NCBI GenBank assembly: GCA_964016885.1
Contig: OZ024740.1
Span: 357,802,001 to 357,866,000 of the forward strand
Reading direction: 5' to 3'
DNA length: 64,000 bases
Source of the DNA: Eledone cirrhosa
Lineage: Eukaryota
Positions within the stretch are counted from its first letter, which is position 1, and every line of letters starts with the position of its first letter. The notes under the pieces were generated by a model. It did not search any database and had not been told where the DNA came from. It saw nothing but the letters and a program-made list of their open reading frames with translations. This document shows, piece by piece, positions 43,145 through 56,102 of the stretch. A program made the position numbers and the translations under genes.

Positions 43145-44080
43145 TCATCATCAAGATGATCACCATTTTAAGTTTACTTTTACATGCTTGCATGGGTTGG
43201 ACAGGTCCTTTCCAGCACAGAATCCTTTCACTCATAGTGGTTTTCATCATCACCTCTGTGAACGTCAGCAATCTGGGATCATCTCTCACCACCTCCACCC
43301 AATCTTCCTTGGACCTCTACTGTGGCATCTTTCCACTGCAATTTCTTGGCACTTCTTCCCCCAATGATCCACATCCATGTGCATCATATGCCCATACCAG
43401 TAAAGTCTACTCTCTTTTAGACTACATTTGATTCCTCTTATACCCAGGTTTTCTTTCAGTTCATCCATGCTTCTTCATTCATGCACATTAATACTGTACA
43501 TCCATTTACCATTGAAGCATGATTGCTTCATTTCTCTACCACATTTGCATATCCACTGTATTCATTGTCAGGCAGTATTGCAGACAGGTGCCATACAACT
43601 GGCTTTTCATTCAAAGAGAGAATCCTTTTGTCGCCAAAAGAGGTAGTAACACCTTGAACTTCTTCCATCCTTTCTTTATTCTAGCTACTATGCTCACTGA
43701 GCACCTTCCGCCACTGCTAATTAGATCTCCTAGGTAGCAAAAGCTATCAAACACTTCTATGGATCCTTTCTGAGATTGGAAGAAGTTTATTTCACTAATG
43801 CTCTTACTACCAACTATCACTGTACATCTGCCCATACAAAGTGTAGCTTTTCTGTTAATCTGTCTGCTATCTCCTTACACCTCTTGTGTACCAAATATTT
43901 ACATTGTGTACATTGTATGGAGTTTCTGCCCACTCCTACTCTACATATTGAGCAAGGTCACTTTCCTGATGAGATCAAGATCCTATCATCTTTCCTATTT
44001 ACTAAAACTCTGGTATTTGGCAAGTTTATTCGCAGCACCTTTGATTATAAATTCTAATCCTTCCTGCTATTTTGACTCCT
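43145..44080 (-). mobile_element. Degenerate RTE LINE 3' part
   Basis: Fragments DSFCYLGDLISSGGRCSVSIVARIKKGWKKFK and LGIRGIKC..WYGH match the 50371-52845 protein. Confidence 0.88.
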
Positions 44081-45460
44081 GAACAAGTCTGTCTTGGGAG
44101 AAGGTTTCCTCCTCTACACTAGTCTTGGTGCCTTTATAAAATTAACTTAGCACATTTCATGAAGTGGGTGACACTCAACCAGTAACAATATACGAGAAAG
44201 AGCAATCACGTCAACAACTGACAACCTTCTTAGTGCTGGTGTCATAATGAAATGCATAAAGTAAACTCTATAAATTGGCAAGTGTTAGGAAAGGTATCCA
44301 GCTATAGAAACCATGCCAAATGAAGGACTGAAACAACTATTCAATTGTGTCAATGACTGAAACAACTATTCAACAACCCCCATAGTGTAGATGACATTAT
44401 AAAATACACCCAGTATATACTCTGTAAAGTGGTTGGTTGCAAGAAGGGGACCCAGCCATGAAAAAACATACCAAACAAAGGGTTGAGATGACTTTTCAGT
44501 TGTGTCAAAGATATGTTAAACTCTCTAGTGCTGGTGCCACAATAAAATGCATCCAGACACTGCAGTATTTGTATTCAAAACAAAAATCCCACTATGGCCT
44601 ACTTGGATGGAAGACAGAAATGAGTATGGGTGGACTCAGCTTAAAACATTACAATTCACAAGTGATTTACTGTCCCAGCTTTATACTGGTGTCAAAATGT
44701 TGAACGTCTGTGATATTTTTCTTTGGTGGCTGAATGATAGACACGCAAGCCTGTAAATTGCAGATGATAGTGTACAGTCTTTGTGTTAGGTACTTGGTTC
44801 ATCATAATTGCTTATTCAGCTTATGGTATTGGAAATTCCTTATGGATTTTTCTTTCCTCTTCTGACAATGGATTGGTACACTCTTGTAAAGATACTCCCC
44901 TGGGGATCTAGATCACTTTGTAAAGCTGAAGTTGCCTGTATCTCAATTCAATACCAGCAATTGTCATACTGTGTTAATAAACACCCTGGGTTAGCTAGTA
45001 ATAACTTCAACTTTCTAAATGTAAAAATCACAGTGTGTGCTCTAATAGCAACAGAAATATTAATTCCAGCCATGTCTATAATTTGCAAAGAAAATTGTCA
45101 TTAATTTCACAAAAAGCAAACAAACAGCATGGTAATATTCCAAAACATATTCTTATTAGATTCATCTAAAATATTGTACAGAATGTGTATGTTTCTTCTT
45201 AATTGATGTAATATTATTCTTGATTAATACAATATTGAATAATGAGTTACTATATGATCAATTATGGTTAATACTGTACTTCCACATCCTTACATATGAA
45301 TATATTTTGTAATCCTCATTCCAGCAGAGCACTGAGCAACCATGTTGAAGCTCCCTTAAACTTGTCATTCACTAAGTATCTATAGTTCTGACACAGAACA
45401 CAAGCCTGATTCAAGTCTCTCCCATTCCTCTTCCATTCACCCTTCCTAATCTTAATACAT

Positions 45461-46130
45461 TTGCGTTGGACGAGGCACGTCTCTAAAATTGTCAAGAGGG
45501 CCGAGGGTGTCTTGGCATCACTCAGCAAGACCTTTGTCAGCCGCTCTCCAGATATCTATTTAAGGCTGTATACAGCTATGGTGCGACCACACTTAGAATT
45601 TGCATCACCAGTCTGGAACCCCTATCTTGCTCAGGACATTGACCGCCTGGAAACTGTTCAGAGACGTGCAACCAAGCGAATACCCTCCATCAGGCATCTA
45701 CCATACTCTGAGCGCCTTGCTTCCCTGGACATGGATTCATTGAAGCTCCGACGCCTGGCAACTGACTTAGTAAACACCCACAAAATTGTTAACCATGTTG
45801 CCAACAACAACCCTGAGTACCTTTTCGATTTCCATGTGTCTAACACACGTGGACATGCCCACAAAGTAAGAAAACAGCACAGTTCCCATGACTTTCGGAA
45901 ACATTTTTTTTCACGCTCAGAGTTGCTGAAGCATGGAACAAACTACCTGCATCAGTTGTTAGCTGTCGAGACACTGCATCCTTTAAGGCCTCCATGCTTC
46001 CCGAGATCCGCCAACACTACAGCTAACACATACACACATGTACTTCCCTGACATTTGTGTATTATTCTATGTACTATATTGACGAGTTGTAGTGCACCTG
46101 AGCACTTTACACAATAATTTCATTATTATT
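45461..46130 (+). mobile_element. CR1-clade LINE 3' end (ORF2 C-terminus, 3'UTR, (ATT)n tail)
   Basis: LYTAMVRPHLEFASPVWNPYLAQDIDRLETVQRRATK..YSERL..L..RR..DL, NTRGH and FRKHFFS motifs. Confidence 0.92.
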
Positions 46131-47272
46131 ACACTTGCCTTCACCAACTAAGTATTCAACTCATATCATCAATGTCCAACTTGTATACTACTTCTCCTCT
46201 CCACCTTCCACACTCCTGAGGTACTTCTCCTGTCATGCTTACCCATGCATACATGCGTAGAAAGTTGGACATGCTCCACATCTCCTCTCCCCACCTCATA
46301 ATGCTGCTGCCATGACAACAAAAACACTTTGTCTAACCTGTATGGCAATCCAGTGCCACAACAATGAAAAGTATCTAGTCTATCCTGTAAGGTGGTCGTG
46401 CTGGTAATATGACAAGAAGCAGCTTCAAATGCACTCTATAAGATGGTTGTGCTGGGGACATGGTAGGAGGCCTCAAGCCCCAGCCCATTCTGTATAGAGG
46501 TTGTGCCAGTGATGTGAGAAAACTACCCTGTCTAACCATCCAAGCATGGAAAAATGGGCATTAAATGATGATGATGATTGCACATGACTGAACATCAAGA
46601 CCAGTTGAAATTGATGCCTCTATACCTAGGGAGTTCAGGGATAAGGGAGAGTAATAAAAGGCTGACAATACTGATTGTAATTCTCTCTCTCTCTCTCACT
46701 CACTCTTACTAACTCCAATGAGATAGTAAAGGCTCTCAGTGCCCAAGGGTAAAGACACTTTTGGCACACCCATCTAAATAATTATGATAGTTACATAATT
46801 ATTATGTAACTATATAGTTCTTCTAATATAGAGCTCACTAACTACGTGATTGTTACACCGCATGCGCGCGCGCGTGCGTGTGTGCGTGTGTGTGTGCGCT
46901 TTGATTTGATTTGATTTGTTTGCATCATATTCTTGGTAATGATGATAGTTATATTCTTCCAGATTTTTTCCAAAACCAGTTAGTCTATGAAGGGAATTTA
47001 TTTTGGTCAGTATATGAAGACATTGCGAGTAAGAATTGTTTGATATTTACTGGCTCTAAATAATAACTGAAGGAAACCTAAGTGGGTAATTAAATAATAT
47101 TCTTCATGAAGACCAAATGACTAGAAGATTAGTAGTTTAAATATCAAAAAGGAAAAAATAATACTTTTGCATTTCCAATTACCCAAATTGAATTGTTAAT
47201 AACTTGATGGAAGTGGTGTTAAATACATCAAATTATAGCTGAATAATAATAAAAATAAAATAGCTTGCTTAC

Positions 47273-47434
47273 ATCACAGTTACGTTTTTCAGCAATATGT
47301 AAGGAGAGCAGCTGTAAGGGAATTATAGTTAGAATTCCTTGTAAGCAGTCGATTGTTTGTGGTACAGCAATGAACTTCTTCACATGACTTTGGGTTTCTG
47401 TGTCACCAGTGTTGCATATGACAATTAAGTCACC
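47273..47434 (-). CDS. GFPT1: GFPT exon (GDLIVICNTGDTETQSHVKKFIAVPQTIDCLQGILTIIPLQLLSLHIAEKRNCD)
   Basis: TAG acceptor, GTAAGC donor; 162 nt, phase 0/0; DCLQGIL..IPLQLL..H motif of the second SIS domain. Confidence 0.95.
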
Positions 47435-48752
47435 CTATAAAATGCAAAATAAATAAAACTAAAAATGAAATATCATCTAAGCTTTTAATAATGTAAAGTC
47501 AGTTGAAGCAAAATATGACAGTGGGAAAAATAGCCATAGAAAATGTTAAAAAACCCCCAAAAAACTTTCAGTTATCCAACATCGCTTCTATTCATCCTCT
47601 TAGTCAAATTGCCTTGAACAAACATTGAAAACAAGTGTAACGAATACTCTTTAGTTTTGTAGGATACAAGTCAACCTCACTAGTGCACCCAGTACACTCT
47701 GTAAAGTAGTTGGTGAATAAACAAAAACATGTTAAGAAGATTTTAGTCCTGCCGAGGATAAGACATTGGAGTCAAGAAGGTTATTCATCTGTAGAAACCA
47801 TGCTAAAAATGGAACATACACGTGAGATACCCTTTAACCCATCATAGAGGGCAGTAATTCAGAATAAAAACTGACCCAAACCTTGATAATCTATCCAGCA
47901 CAAGTCAGTATGGAAACTAGACATAAAATGATGATGATGGTACTCACCTAACCATAGGATAAAAGGATCTGCAAAGCCTAATTCCATTTCCTCTACTCTA
48001 TAGAATTAATTACTTATTTGAAAAAGACTAAAAGGTTCAGAGGTATCATATAATTCAGCTTCATTCAAGTAGTATTTTTGGCAAAATCTATAATTATCAA
48101 AGGCATTCATTTGCTTTGCACCATTCCATTATATCACGACAAATAGACTAAGACAGTAGATAAAGCAAGGATTCATATGAAGTAACATAATGCTTTTACT
48201 GTCATACTACCCCTTTCTCTTTAAATATATATAAATATAAACAACAGATGCATACATGCATATAGTTAATGTACATTCACTAAACAATGGAACCTCTATG
48301 TGGTTGCTTGGCCTGCTAAAAATAGCCAAATATAATTTTGTTATTCTATTGGATTTATCAGATTACTGTGTGGTTAAGGAGCTCACATCATAGCCAGTGG
48401 CGGACTGGCCATGTCAGCTTATATGCATTTATATCTTTTGACTATGGATATTGGCAAAAGGTGTAAACACTGAAGTAAAAACCACATAATTCTATTTTTT
48501 TAACAAAGTCCTTCAAAATGTTTGTTCTACACTGTCTTAAAAACACTCCCTTGTTACTCTCACAATCAGAAATGCAATGAACCAATGTCTGGGCAGTTAA
48601 AACTAGTAATCAGTGACACTATCATTCATCAATACTGATATATAACAAAATCTATTAATATAATTTTTTTCATGTTTTCTGTTTGTCCACCATATTTGGA
48701 TCACAAAATCTATTCTCAATGGATCAAATAAGGAACCGATATATATATATAT

Positions 48753-49554
48753 ATCATCATCATCATCATCGTTTAACGTCCGTGTTCCATGCTTGCATGG
48801 GTTTGGACGGAGGGTTTTCCCACTTGAGGCAAGAGTGGTTATCTTGCTCGCATAGGACTATCTGGCGGGTTTTCTACAGCTGGATGCCCTTCCTAACACC
48901 AACCACATTTACAGTGTGGGGCTGGGAGGTTTTTACCGTGTTGCCTACACGGCCACATTACAGCGTGAAATGTGTGTTTTTTTGACGTGACACCTACACG
49001 ATCTCATTTGTTTCGGCCTGGATGTTGTGGCACCAACATAACTTTACATTGAAAGGGGCGGTGTGGATGGGGTGGGGGTGGTGGGACGGGGTGTATTTTG
49101 TTAGAGATGCCTACTGACTGTAGTAGGTTTTACTTTGTATTTAGGTAAGGCGGGTCTTCTCTATTACTGAGTACCGACAAAGGTCTCGGTCCAGTGACAT
49201 TGTCTTGGTGAGGTGTAAGTGTGTGAGGTCGGAATTTATCAGCTCGTCCCAGGTTTTTCTGGGTCTGCCTATTCCGTGGCTACCGTCTATCTTTATTGCC
49301 CTGCACTTTGTTATACAGCTATCGTCTTTCATGCGCATCACGTGACCATACCAACGTAGCCTTCTCTCGAGCAAACAACATCTGATCCCTCTTATTTCTA
49401 ATTTTTTCCTTAGTTCGTTTATGCTTTGCCGTTCACGTATATTACTATTACACATCCAGCGGAGCATGCAAGCTTCGTTTCTCTCTAGTCTGCGTATATC
49501 CTCTGCACACAATGCCCAGGTCTCACTGCCATGCAACATTGCTGTTTGTATGCA

Positions 49555-49559
<5 letters not shown>
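48753..49559 (-). mobile_element. 5'-truncated RTE LINE, same subfamily as the adjacent long copy
   Basis: ORF 49141-49539 nearly identical to the C-terminus of ORF 50371-52968; (CAT)n tail; (TA)n on both sides. Confidence 0.95.
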
Positions 49560-49597
<38 letters not shown>

Positions 49598-49729
49598 GTG
49601 AGGTTTTTTTTACAAAATGAAAAATAACCGAGGTGTCCTACACGAGTGAAAGTATAAAGAAAAAGAGATGAAATCGAAAATGCAACTGGAGTCTTATTTT
49701 TAAAAAAAAATATATATATTTATTTGGTT

Positions 49730-49764
49730 CCTTTACCGGTTTCGCAGTTCTGCTTTTCAAAAGG
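49730..49764 (-). ncRNA. Minimal type I hammerhead ribozyme, U3-A8 core variant
   Basis: Minus strand CCTT-TTGAAAA-GCAG-aa-CTGC-GAAA-C-cg-G-TA-AAGG: stem I CCTT/AAGG, stem II GCAG/CTGC, palindromic ACCGGT stem III, GUA cleavage triplet. Confidence 0.7.
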
Positions 49765-49838
49765 TGAGTTGAGATGGAGGGTCTGTGGTTTTTCTCACAT
49801 CAGATGTGAGAAAAACCACGACCCTCCATCTCAACTCA

Positions 49839-49876
49839 CCTTTTGAAAAGCAGAAGAACTGCGAAAGCGGTAAAGG
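49839..49876 (+). ncRNA. Mirror hammerhead copy with a stem III mismatch and a 3-nt longer loop II
   Basis: CCTT-TTGAAAA-GCAG-aagaa-CTGC-GAAA-G-cg-G-TA-AAGG. Confidence 0.55.
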
Positions 49877-49972
49877 AACCAAATAAATATATAAATTTAA
49901 AAAAAAAATAAGACTCCAGTTGCATTTTCGATTTCATCTCTTTTTCTTTATATATATATATATATATATATA

Positions 49973-52844
49973 TCATCATCATCATCATCATCAACGTTTA
50001 ACGTCCGTGTTCCACGCTTGCATGGGTTTGGACGGGGGTAGTCCCACTTGAGGCAAGAGTGATTGTCTTGCTCGCATAGGACTGTCTGGCAGGTTTTCTA
50101 CAGTTGGATGCCCTTCCTAACACCAACCACATTTACAGTGTGGGTCTGGGAGGTTTTTACCGTGTTGCCTACACGGCCACATTACAGCGTGGACTGTGTG
50201 TTTTTTTGTCGTGACACCTACACGATCTCATTTGTTTCGGCCTCGATGGCGCGGCACCAACATAACTTTACATAGAACGGGGTGGTGTGGATCGGGTGGG
50301 GGTGGGGGTGGTGGGACGGGGTGTATTTTGTTAGAGATGCCTACTGGCTGGAGTAGGTTTTACTATATATTTAGGTAAGGCGGGTCTTCTCTGTTACTGA
50401 GTACCGCCAAAGGTCTCGGTCCAGTGACATTGTCTTGGAGAGGTGTAAGTGTGTGATGTCGGAGTTTATCAGCTCGTCCCAGGTTTTTCTAGGTCTGCCT
50501 ATTCCGTGACTACCGTCTATCTTTATTGCCCTGCACTTTGTTATACAGCTATCGACTTTCATGCGCATCACGTGTCCATACCAACGTAGCCTTCTCTCGA
50601 GTAAACAACATCTGATCCCTCTTATCTCTAATTTATTCCTTAGTTCGTTTATGCTTTGCCGTTCACGTATATTACTGTTACACATCCAGCGGAGCATGCA
50701 AGCTTCGTTCCTCTCTAGTCTGCGTATATCCTCTGCACACAATGCCCAGGTCTCACTGCCATGCAGCATTGCTGTTCGTATGCAGGCATCGTACAACCTG
50801 CCTTTCATTTTTAGTGAGAACCCTTTAGCAGCTAATAGTGGTATAAGCTCTCTGAACTTTTTCCAACCAGTTCTGACTCTAGCTACAGTACTTTCAGAGC
50901 ACCCTCCCCCACTGCTGATTTTATCGCCCAGGTAACGGAAGCTGTCCACTATTTCTATAGAACCCTCTGCGCAATTGAAAGAGCTAGTAGTTTGTGGGCA
51001 CTTGCTGCTACTTATTGCACCAGAGCACCGGCCACATGTAAAATCTATGTTCTTAGTTAGCTTACCTGTGATCCCACTACATCTTTTATGCACCCATACT
51101 TTGCATTTAGGACATAAAATGGAGTTTCTACCTACGCCTTTCCTACACACCGAGCACGACCATTTCCCAGAAGGGACCGCCGCCTTGTTTTCTTTCCTAC
51201 AAACTAGTACTTTGGTCTTAGCCAGGTTAATTTTAAGTCCTTTTGACTCTAGGCCGTGCTTCCATGTTTGGAATTTCTTCTCTAGCTCGGCCATTGATTC
51301 CGCTATGAGTGTCAGGTCGTCTGCGTATAGGAGTTCCCATGGGCAGCCTGTCTTGAACTCCTCTGTTATAGCCTGAAGGGCAATAATAAATAGTAGTGGA
51401 CTGAGAACAGAGCCCTGATGGACGCCGACTTTTACGCTAAACTCTTCACTATATTCGTTGTTAATTCTAACCTTGCTGACTGTTTCTTTATACATGGCTT
51501 GTATAGCCCTCACAAGCCATTCGTCAACGCCTAGTTTTCTAAGAGCCCACCAGATAATGGAGCGGGGGACTCTGTCGAAGGCTTTCTCCAAGTCGACAAA
51601 AGCTAAGTAGAGGGGTTTACCTTTAGCTAGGTACTTCTCCTGTAGTTGTCGTACTATGAAAAGAGCGTCTGTGGTACTTTTGCCTGACACAAACCCGAAC
51701 TGCATTTCATCTAGGTCAATTCTCTCTCTGATTAGTTGCGCTATTACTCTTTCCGTGACCTTCATGACCTGGTCGATTAATTTAATGCCTCTATAGTTAC
51801 TCCTATCTAGGGCGTCTCCTTTACCCTTATAACAGTTAACGATGATGCTGCTATGCCAGTCCTTCGGAACAACCCCGTTCTGTACGACTTGGTTAACTAT
51901 GCGGGTGACCATGGTGTGTCCCACCGTGCCAGATGCCTTCAGCATCTCAGCAACTATTTCCGAAGGCCCAGCCGCCTTACCAGTCTTCATATCCTTGATT
52001 GCCTTACTTATTATACTCCCCTCGACTAACACTGCTGGTCCCTCTATTGGGTCGATATGGGGGAGACTGCCTTTCTCCCAATTATTCTCCTCATTTAGAA
52101 GCCTTTCATAGTGACACTTCCAAGCTACCTTCTTATCAGCGTCGGTGATGGCAAGTGTGCCATCGTCGTTTAGTACACACTTCTCCCCGACAATATCACG
52201 GTTTTCCTTGACGCATTGCCTAGCAATCCTGAACACCTCACGTTTTTGGTCATCGCGTTGTAGAACATGCTTGAACTTTCTTTCCTCAGCTTCCCTTCTT
52301 GCTAAGTACACTTGTCTCCTAGCTTCCCTCCTGGCCACTTGATAGTCCTCTCTACTTCCCCCATCCCGCCATACTTTCCAAGCCTGCTTTTTGGCCTTAA
52401 TTGACCCCTCCACCTTACTGTTCCACCACCATGTTACTCTCCTCCTGCCTACAGGCCTGCTCCAGCCACAGACCTCGTCTGTCGCCAACAGCAGGTTTGC
52501 TTTCAGAAATTCCCACTCTCCCTCTATATTGTCCGACTCTAAATGTTCTTCCTTACTGTCGAAAGCATCAAGTAATATGCTTTGAAATTTATTCCTGGCT
52601 GTGGGGTCCTTTAGCTTCCATATTTTCCTCCTGAGGATAGTCCTCTTCTGTTGTCGAGTACGTCTCGTCCTGACTATGAGGTCGCTAATTATCAGTCTAT
52701 GTTGGGAGGTGCATTCTTCATGGGGGAGGGATTTAGTGTTAACAACAGACACTCTGTCACGTCTTCTGGTAAGGATATAATCTACCTGGCTTGTGTGTTC
52801 CCCGGATCTATAGGTGATCAGGTGATTGTCACGTTTTTTGAAGT

Positions 52845-52845
<1 letters not shown>
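49973..52845 (-). mobile_element. 5'-truncated, apparently young RTE LINE with an uninterrupted reading frame 50371-52845 (end of APE endonuclease, RT, PHD-like finger, C-terminal domain)
   Basis: SQVDYIL..SQHRLI (EN end), QFGF, AFVDLEKAFDRVP, GVHQGSVLSPLLF, LLYADD, YLG, GSETW, RLRWYGHV, GRPRKTW; (CAT)n tail; no stops over 824 codons. The listed ORF's first 41 aa are flanking DNA. Confidence 0.97.
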
Positions 52846-52897
<52 letters not shown>

Positions 52898-53624
52898 GGT
52901 AAACAGAAATAACAACACAATCGGTACAGTATATGGAAGGAATATATTATATACACACACACACACACAACAATATCCGTTAAAAGCCCTCATAAATGCA
53001 AACAAAGTAACTCTAATTGAACACTATCCATGAAGTCAAAACAAATACAGTTTACTCACCTACACCCAACCTAACCTACTATTACATGTCACACTAGACA
53101 AAGTAATAACAACTTTACACATCCTTTAGAACTATACCAAAAACCACACTCCCATGCATAGCAATAACTGCACCTATACTATTTATTGGTATGGAGGTGA
53201 TAGACATCAGCCTGCAGCTGTCATATTACATGGTTTCTTTCTATATATACAGTATATACTCATGTAAAAGTCAACATTTTTAGAGTTTTAAGATAAAATT
53301 GATGGAGTCAACTATTATATTAACACTATTTTCAAGGGGATGAAATTCACACTACAATTCAAATTTACTGTATCCATAAGCAGAAGCCTAATCATCATCA
53401 TTATTTTATGTCTGTTGTTTCATGCTTGCTTGGATTGGACGAGTCCTTCTCAGTACAGCATCTCTCCCCTTGTCACATTCCTTTGTCATCTCTGCCATGA
53501 ACTTTAGCGATCTGAGATCAGCTCTCACCACTCAGAGAAAATAGACGTATGATGATGATGATGAGTAACACTCCTTTAAATAGATATACAAAACACATGC
53601 TACAGATACAATGACATTACTTAC

Positions 53625-53663
53625 ATGCCGTGCCTTTACTTGTTGAAGAGCATTCATGCATTT
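53625..53663 (-). CDS. GFPT1: GFPT small exon (KCMNALQQVKARH)
   Basis: TTTTCAG acceptor, GTAAGT donor; 39 nt; matches the GFAT KC.NALQQV.AR motif. Confidence 0.93.
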
Positions 53664-56102
53664 CTGAAAAAATAAAGAAAAAAAAATTAAACAAAATGAG
53701 TGAAACATTGTTTATTTGTAATCAGGAGCAGCAACAAGAAAACTATAACCTTTAGTACACTAGTAATTTTTACAAATTGCTTCCCATGACACTGCATTAT
53801 GCATTAAGGGGAGATTACTCTGTTGGTACCTTATGTCACCTAGAGCGTGTTAAAGACTAATTAGTTGGAGAGAAGAATAAAATAACTGTACTTCCACCAA
53901 TAATACTTGTTTCTGATTTAGGCACAAGGCCAACGATATTTGGGGAAGAAGAAAGTCAATTAAATCGACCCCAGTTCGTTACTGGTGCTTTATTTTATCA
54001 CCCCATAAGGATGAAAGGCAAAGCTAACCTCACTGCAACAATAATTGTTTCTTCTTTTGGCACAAGGCGAGCAATTATCCCAGTGCATTACTGGTACTTT
54101 ATTTTATCGACCCCGTAAGGATGAAAGGCAAAGTTAACCTCAGCGGGATTTGAACTCAGAACGTAAAGGGCCATAACTCTATACTACAAAGCATGGTGTC
54201 TGCCACTACCGTGGCACCTTCTATGTCAGGGATCAGGGAACAAATGTAAATTACCAAAAAATGGGGTAAAATAAACAAAATTTCAAGGTAATGTATTCAG
54301 TATGAGATACATTTTTCCTGGAGCCCCTGTCATATGTATTTAATTATGAACTGAAGAGGTGCTTTTAACACTTTGAGATGGTATTTTTTGGCATATATTT
54401 TTTATTTTGCTTTGTTACATAAATATGCCATTATTCTGAATTTTTAGAATAATAGTAGTTTACACCTTTTGTTTGGAATCTTAAACTTTCTTCTTGATTT
54501 TTATATAAGTTCATTATTATAAACGCAAAACTCTATTTTATATACGACTAAGTTTTGTGGGGTGTGGAAATTTTAGAGAGCAATAATCTTTTTCAATTCA
54601 AAACTACTGAATCTAGAGTATTTATAATATACAAATACAAAAAGATAAATAATCGACAGTCGATCGACAAGATACTAGACCTCATTCGCTTAATGAGTGG
54701 AGTGGAGCTCGTCAAGTCGGACCAAGGAAAGAATGTTTCCATTGGTCTTTCCAATCGCTAATACTATCTGTCGGTCACAAACCCAGGCAGAAGGAGCAAT
54801 GTGAAATAAAGTGTCTTGCTCAAGCACATATCGCATCGCCTGATCCAGGAATCAAACTCACAACCTCACAATTGCGAATCCAATTCTCTAACCACTCAGC
54901 TTTCACAAAATAATATGGTACCAATATTATGCCTATCAAGGGTAAACATTTTGACTTGTCTGTAACTTTTTAAAGCCGAGAATCAACTGATTACCAAGTG
55001 ATAAAACAATAATTATAACATTAATTAAGTAATGAATATTTGTAATTAATCTTTTAAATGTATTTATCTTTATCATTTTTACTAATTTCAACAAGAATTT
55101 TATTCATTGATTTCTCTCAAATTTGAAAAGTAACCACATGTATCAGAAAAAGGTAATACCTGGCTGAGTTCCTACACAAACGACAACAGAAGCCACAATA
55201 ATTTTTTTTTTATAGTTGGAATATAGTCAGTCAAAATGATCATATAAGAATATGGTTATTTATTTTCTGAATTTCAGAAGAACAAAAGCTAGTTAATTTT
55301 TGGTGGGTTTTCAAACTCAAATATATATAGTGTCCTCGCCAAAATGTATACACACTTCAGCAGCATTCTAATAAAAGTGTGTATATATTTTTAGGGTGAA
55401 ACCCTGTATATACTGCAAGGGATTTTGTCTGATGCTCCACTGGCTCTTGCCAAAATAATAATATATTTTCTTTTTTTTAACAAACTGTTGCCAGTCCCAG
55501 ACATCTTTACCTTATATCAATTACATTGCTCAACGGGTGTTGTATTGGCAGTATGAGTAGAACATCAGGCAATATGCTATGCAGTATATACTTAAAGCCC
55601 TTTACATTCCGAGTTCAAATCCTGTTGAGGTTAGCTTTGCTTTTCATCCTTACGGGTGTCGATAAAATAAAGTACCAGTCATGCACTAGACTTGATTTAA
55701 TCGAATTTCCCCTCCACCCAAATTGCTGGCCTTGTTCCTATATCAGAAACCATTAATTATATTGCTCAATGCAATTCAGAATTGCAACCTTCCAGAACTT
55801 CTATCATGCCACATTTTCCCAACAATTCAAAATAAAACAAAAAAGTTAAATTTATCAATATTCAAACACCCTTATAACTGGGTCTGGAAGGAATTAAATT
55901 TATAACACTGTCCATCTTCCTGAAACTAGCAAAGTAACAACAATAAAACAATAGCAACTTTTACAGTATCTACAGCAGAGGTTCTCAAAGTGGGCACTAC
56001 TTCCCTCCGGCGGGTGTTGAGAAGGCCCAGGAGGCACTGGGGTCGAAGGAGGCAGTGGGGGATAGAGATGATACAATAATATATTAAACATCAAATGATA
56101 CA

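Larger units (their letters stand above)
49593..49952. mobile_element. Penelope-like terminal repeat remnant forming a ~300-bp palindrome (49653-49952)
   Basis: Arms are reverse complements around 49802. Each arm, read outward, has a hammerhead motif followed by AATAAA. Flanked by (TA)n. Confidence 0.75.

Noticed and set aside
50561-52902. Plus-strand ORFs of 60-133 aa
   Set aside because: Antisense shadows of the RTE reading frame.
52846-52968. N-terminal 41 aa of the 865-aa ORF as a real start
   Set aside because: Flanking (CA)n/(TA)n DNA that happens to be open; the LINE is 5'-truncated and lacks most of its endonuclease, so it is not autonomous.
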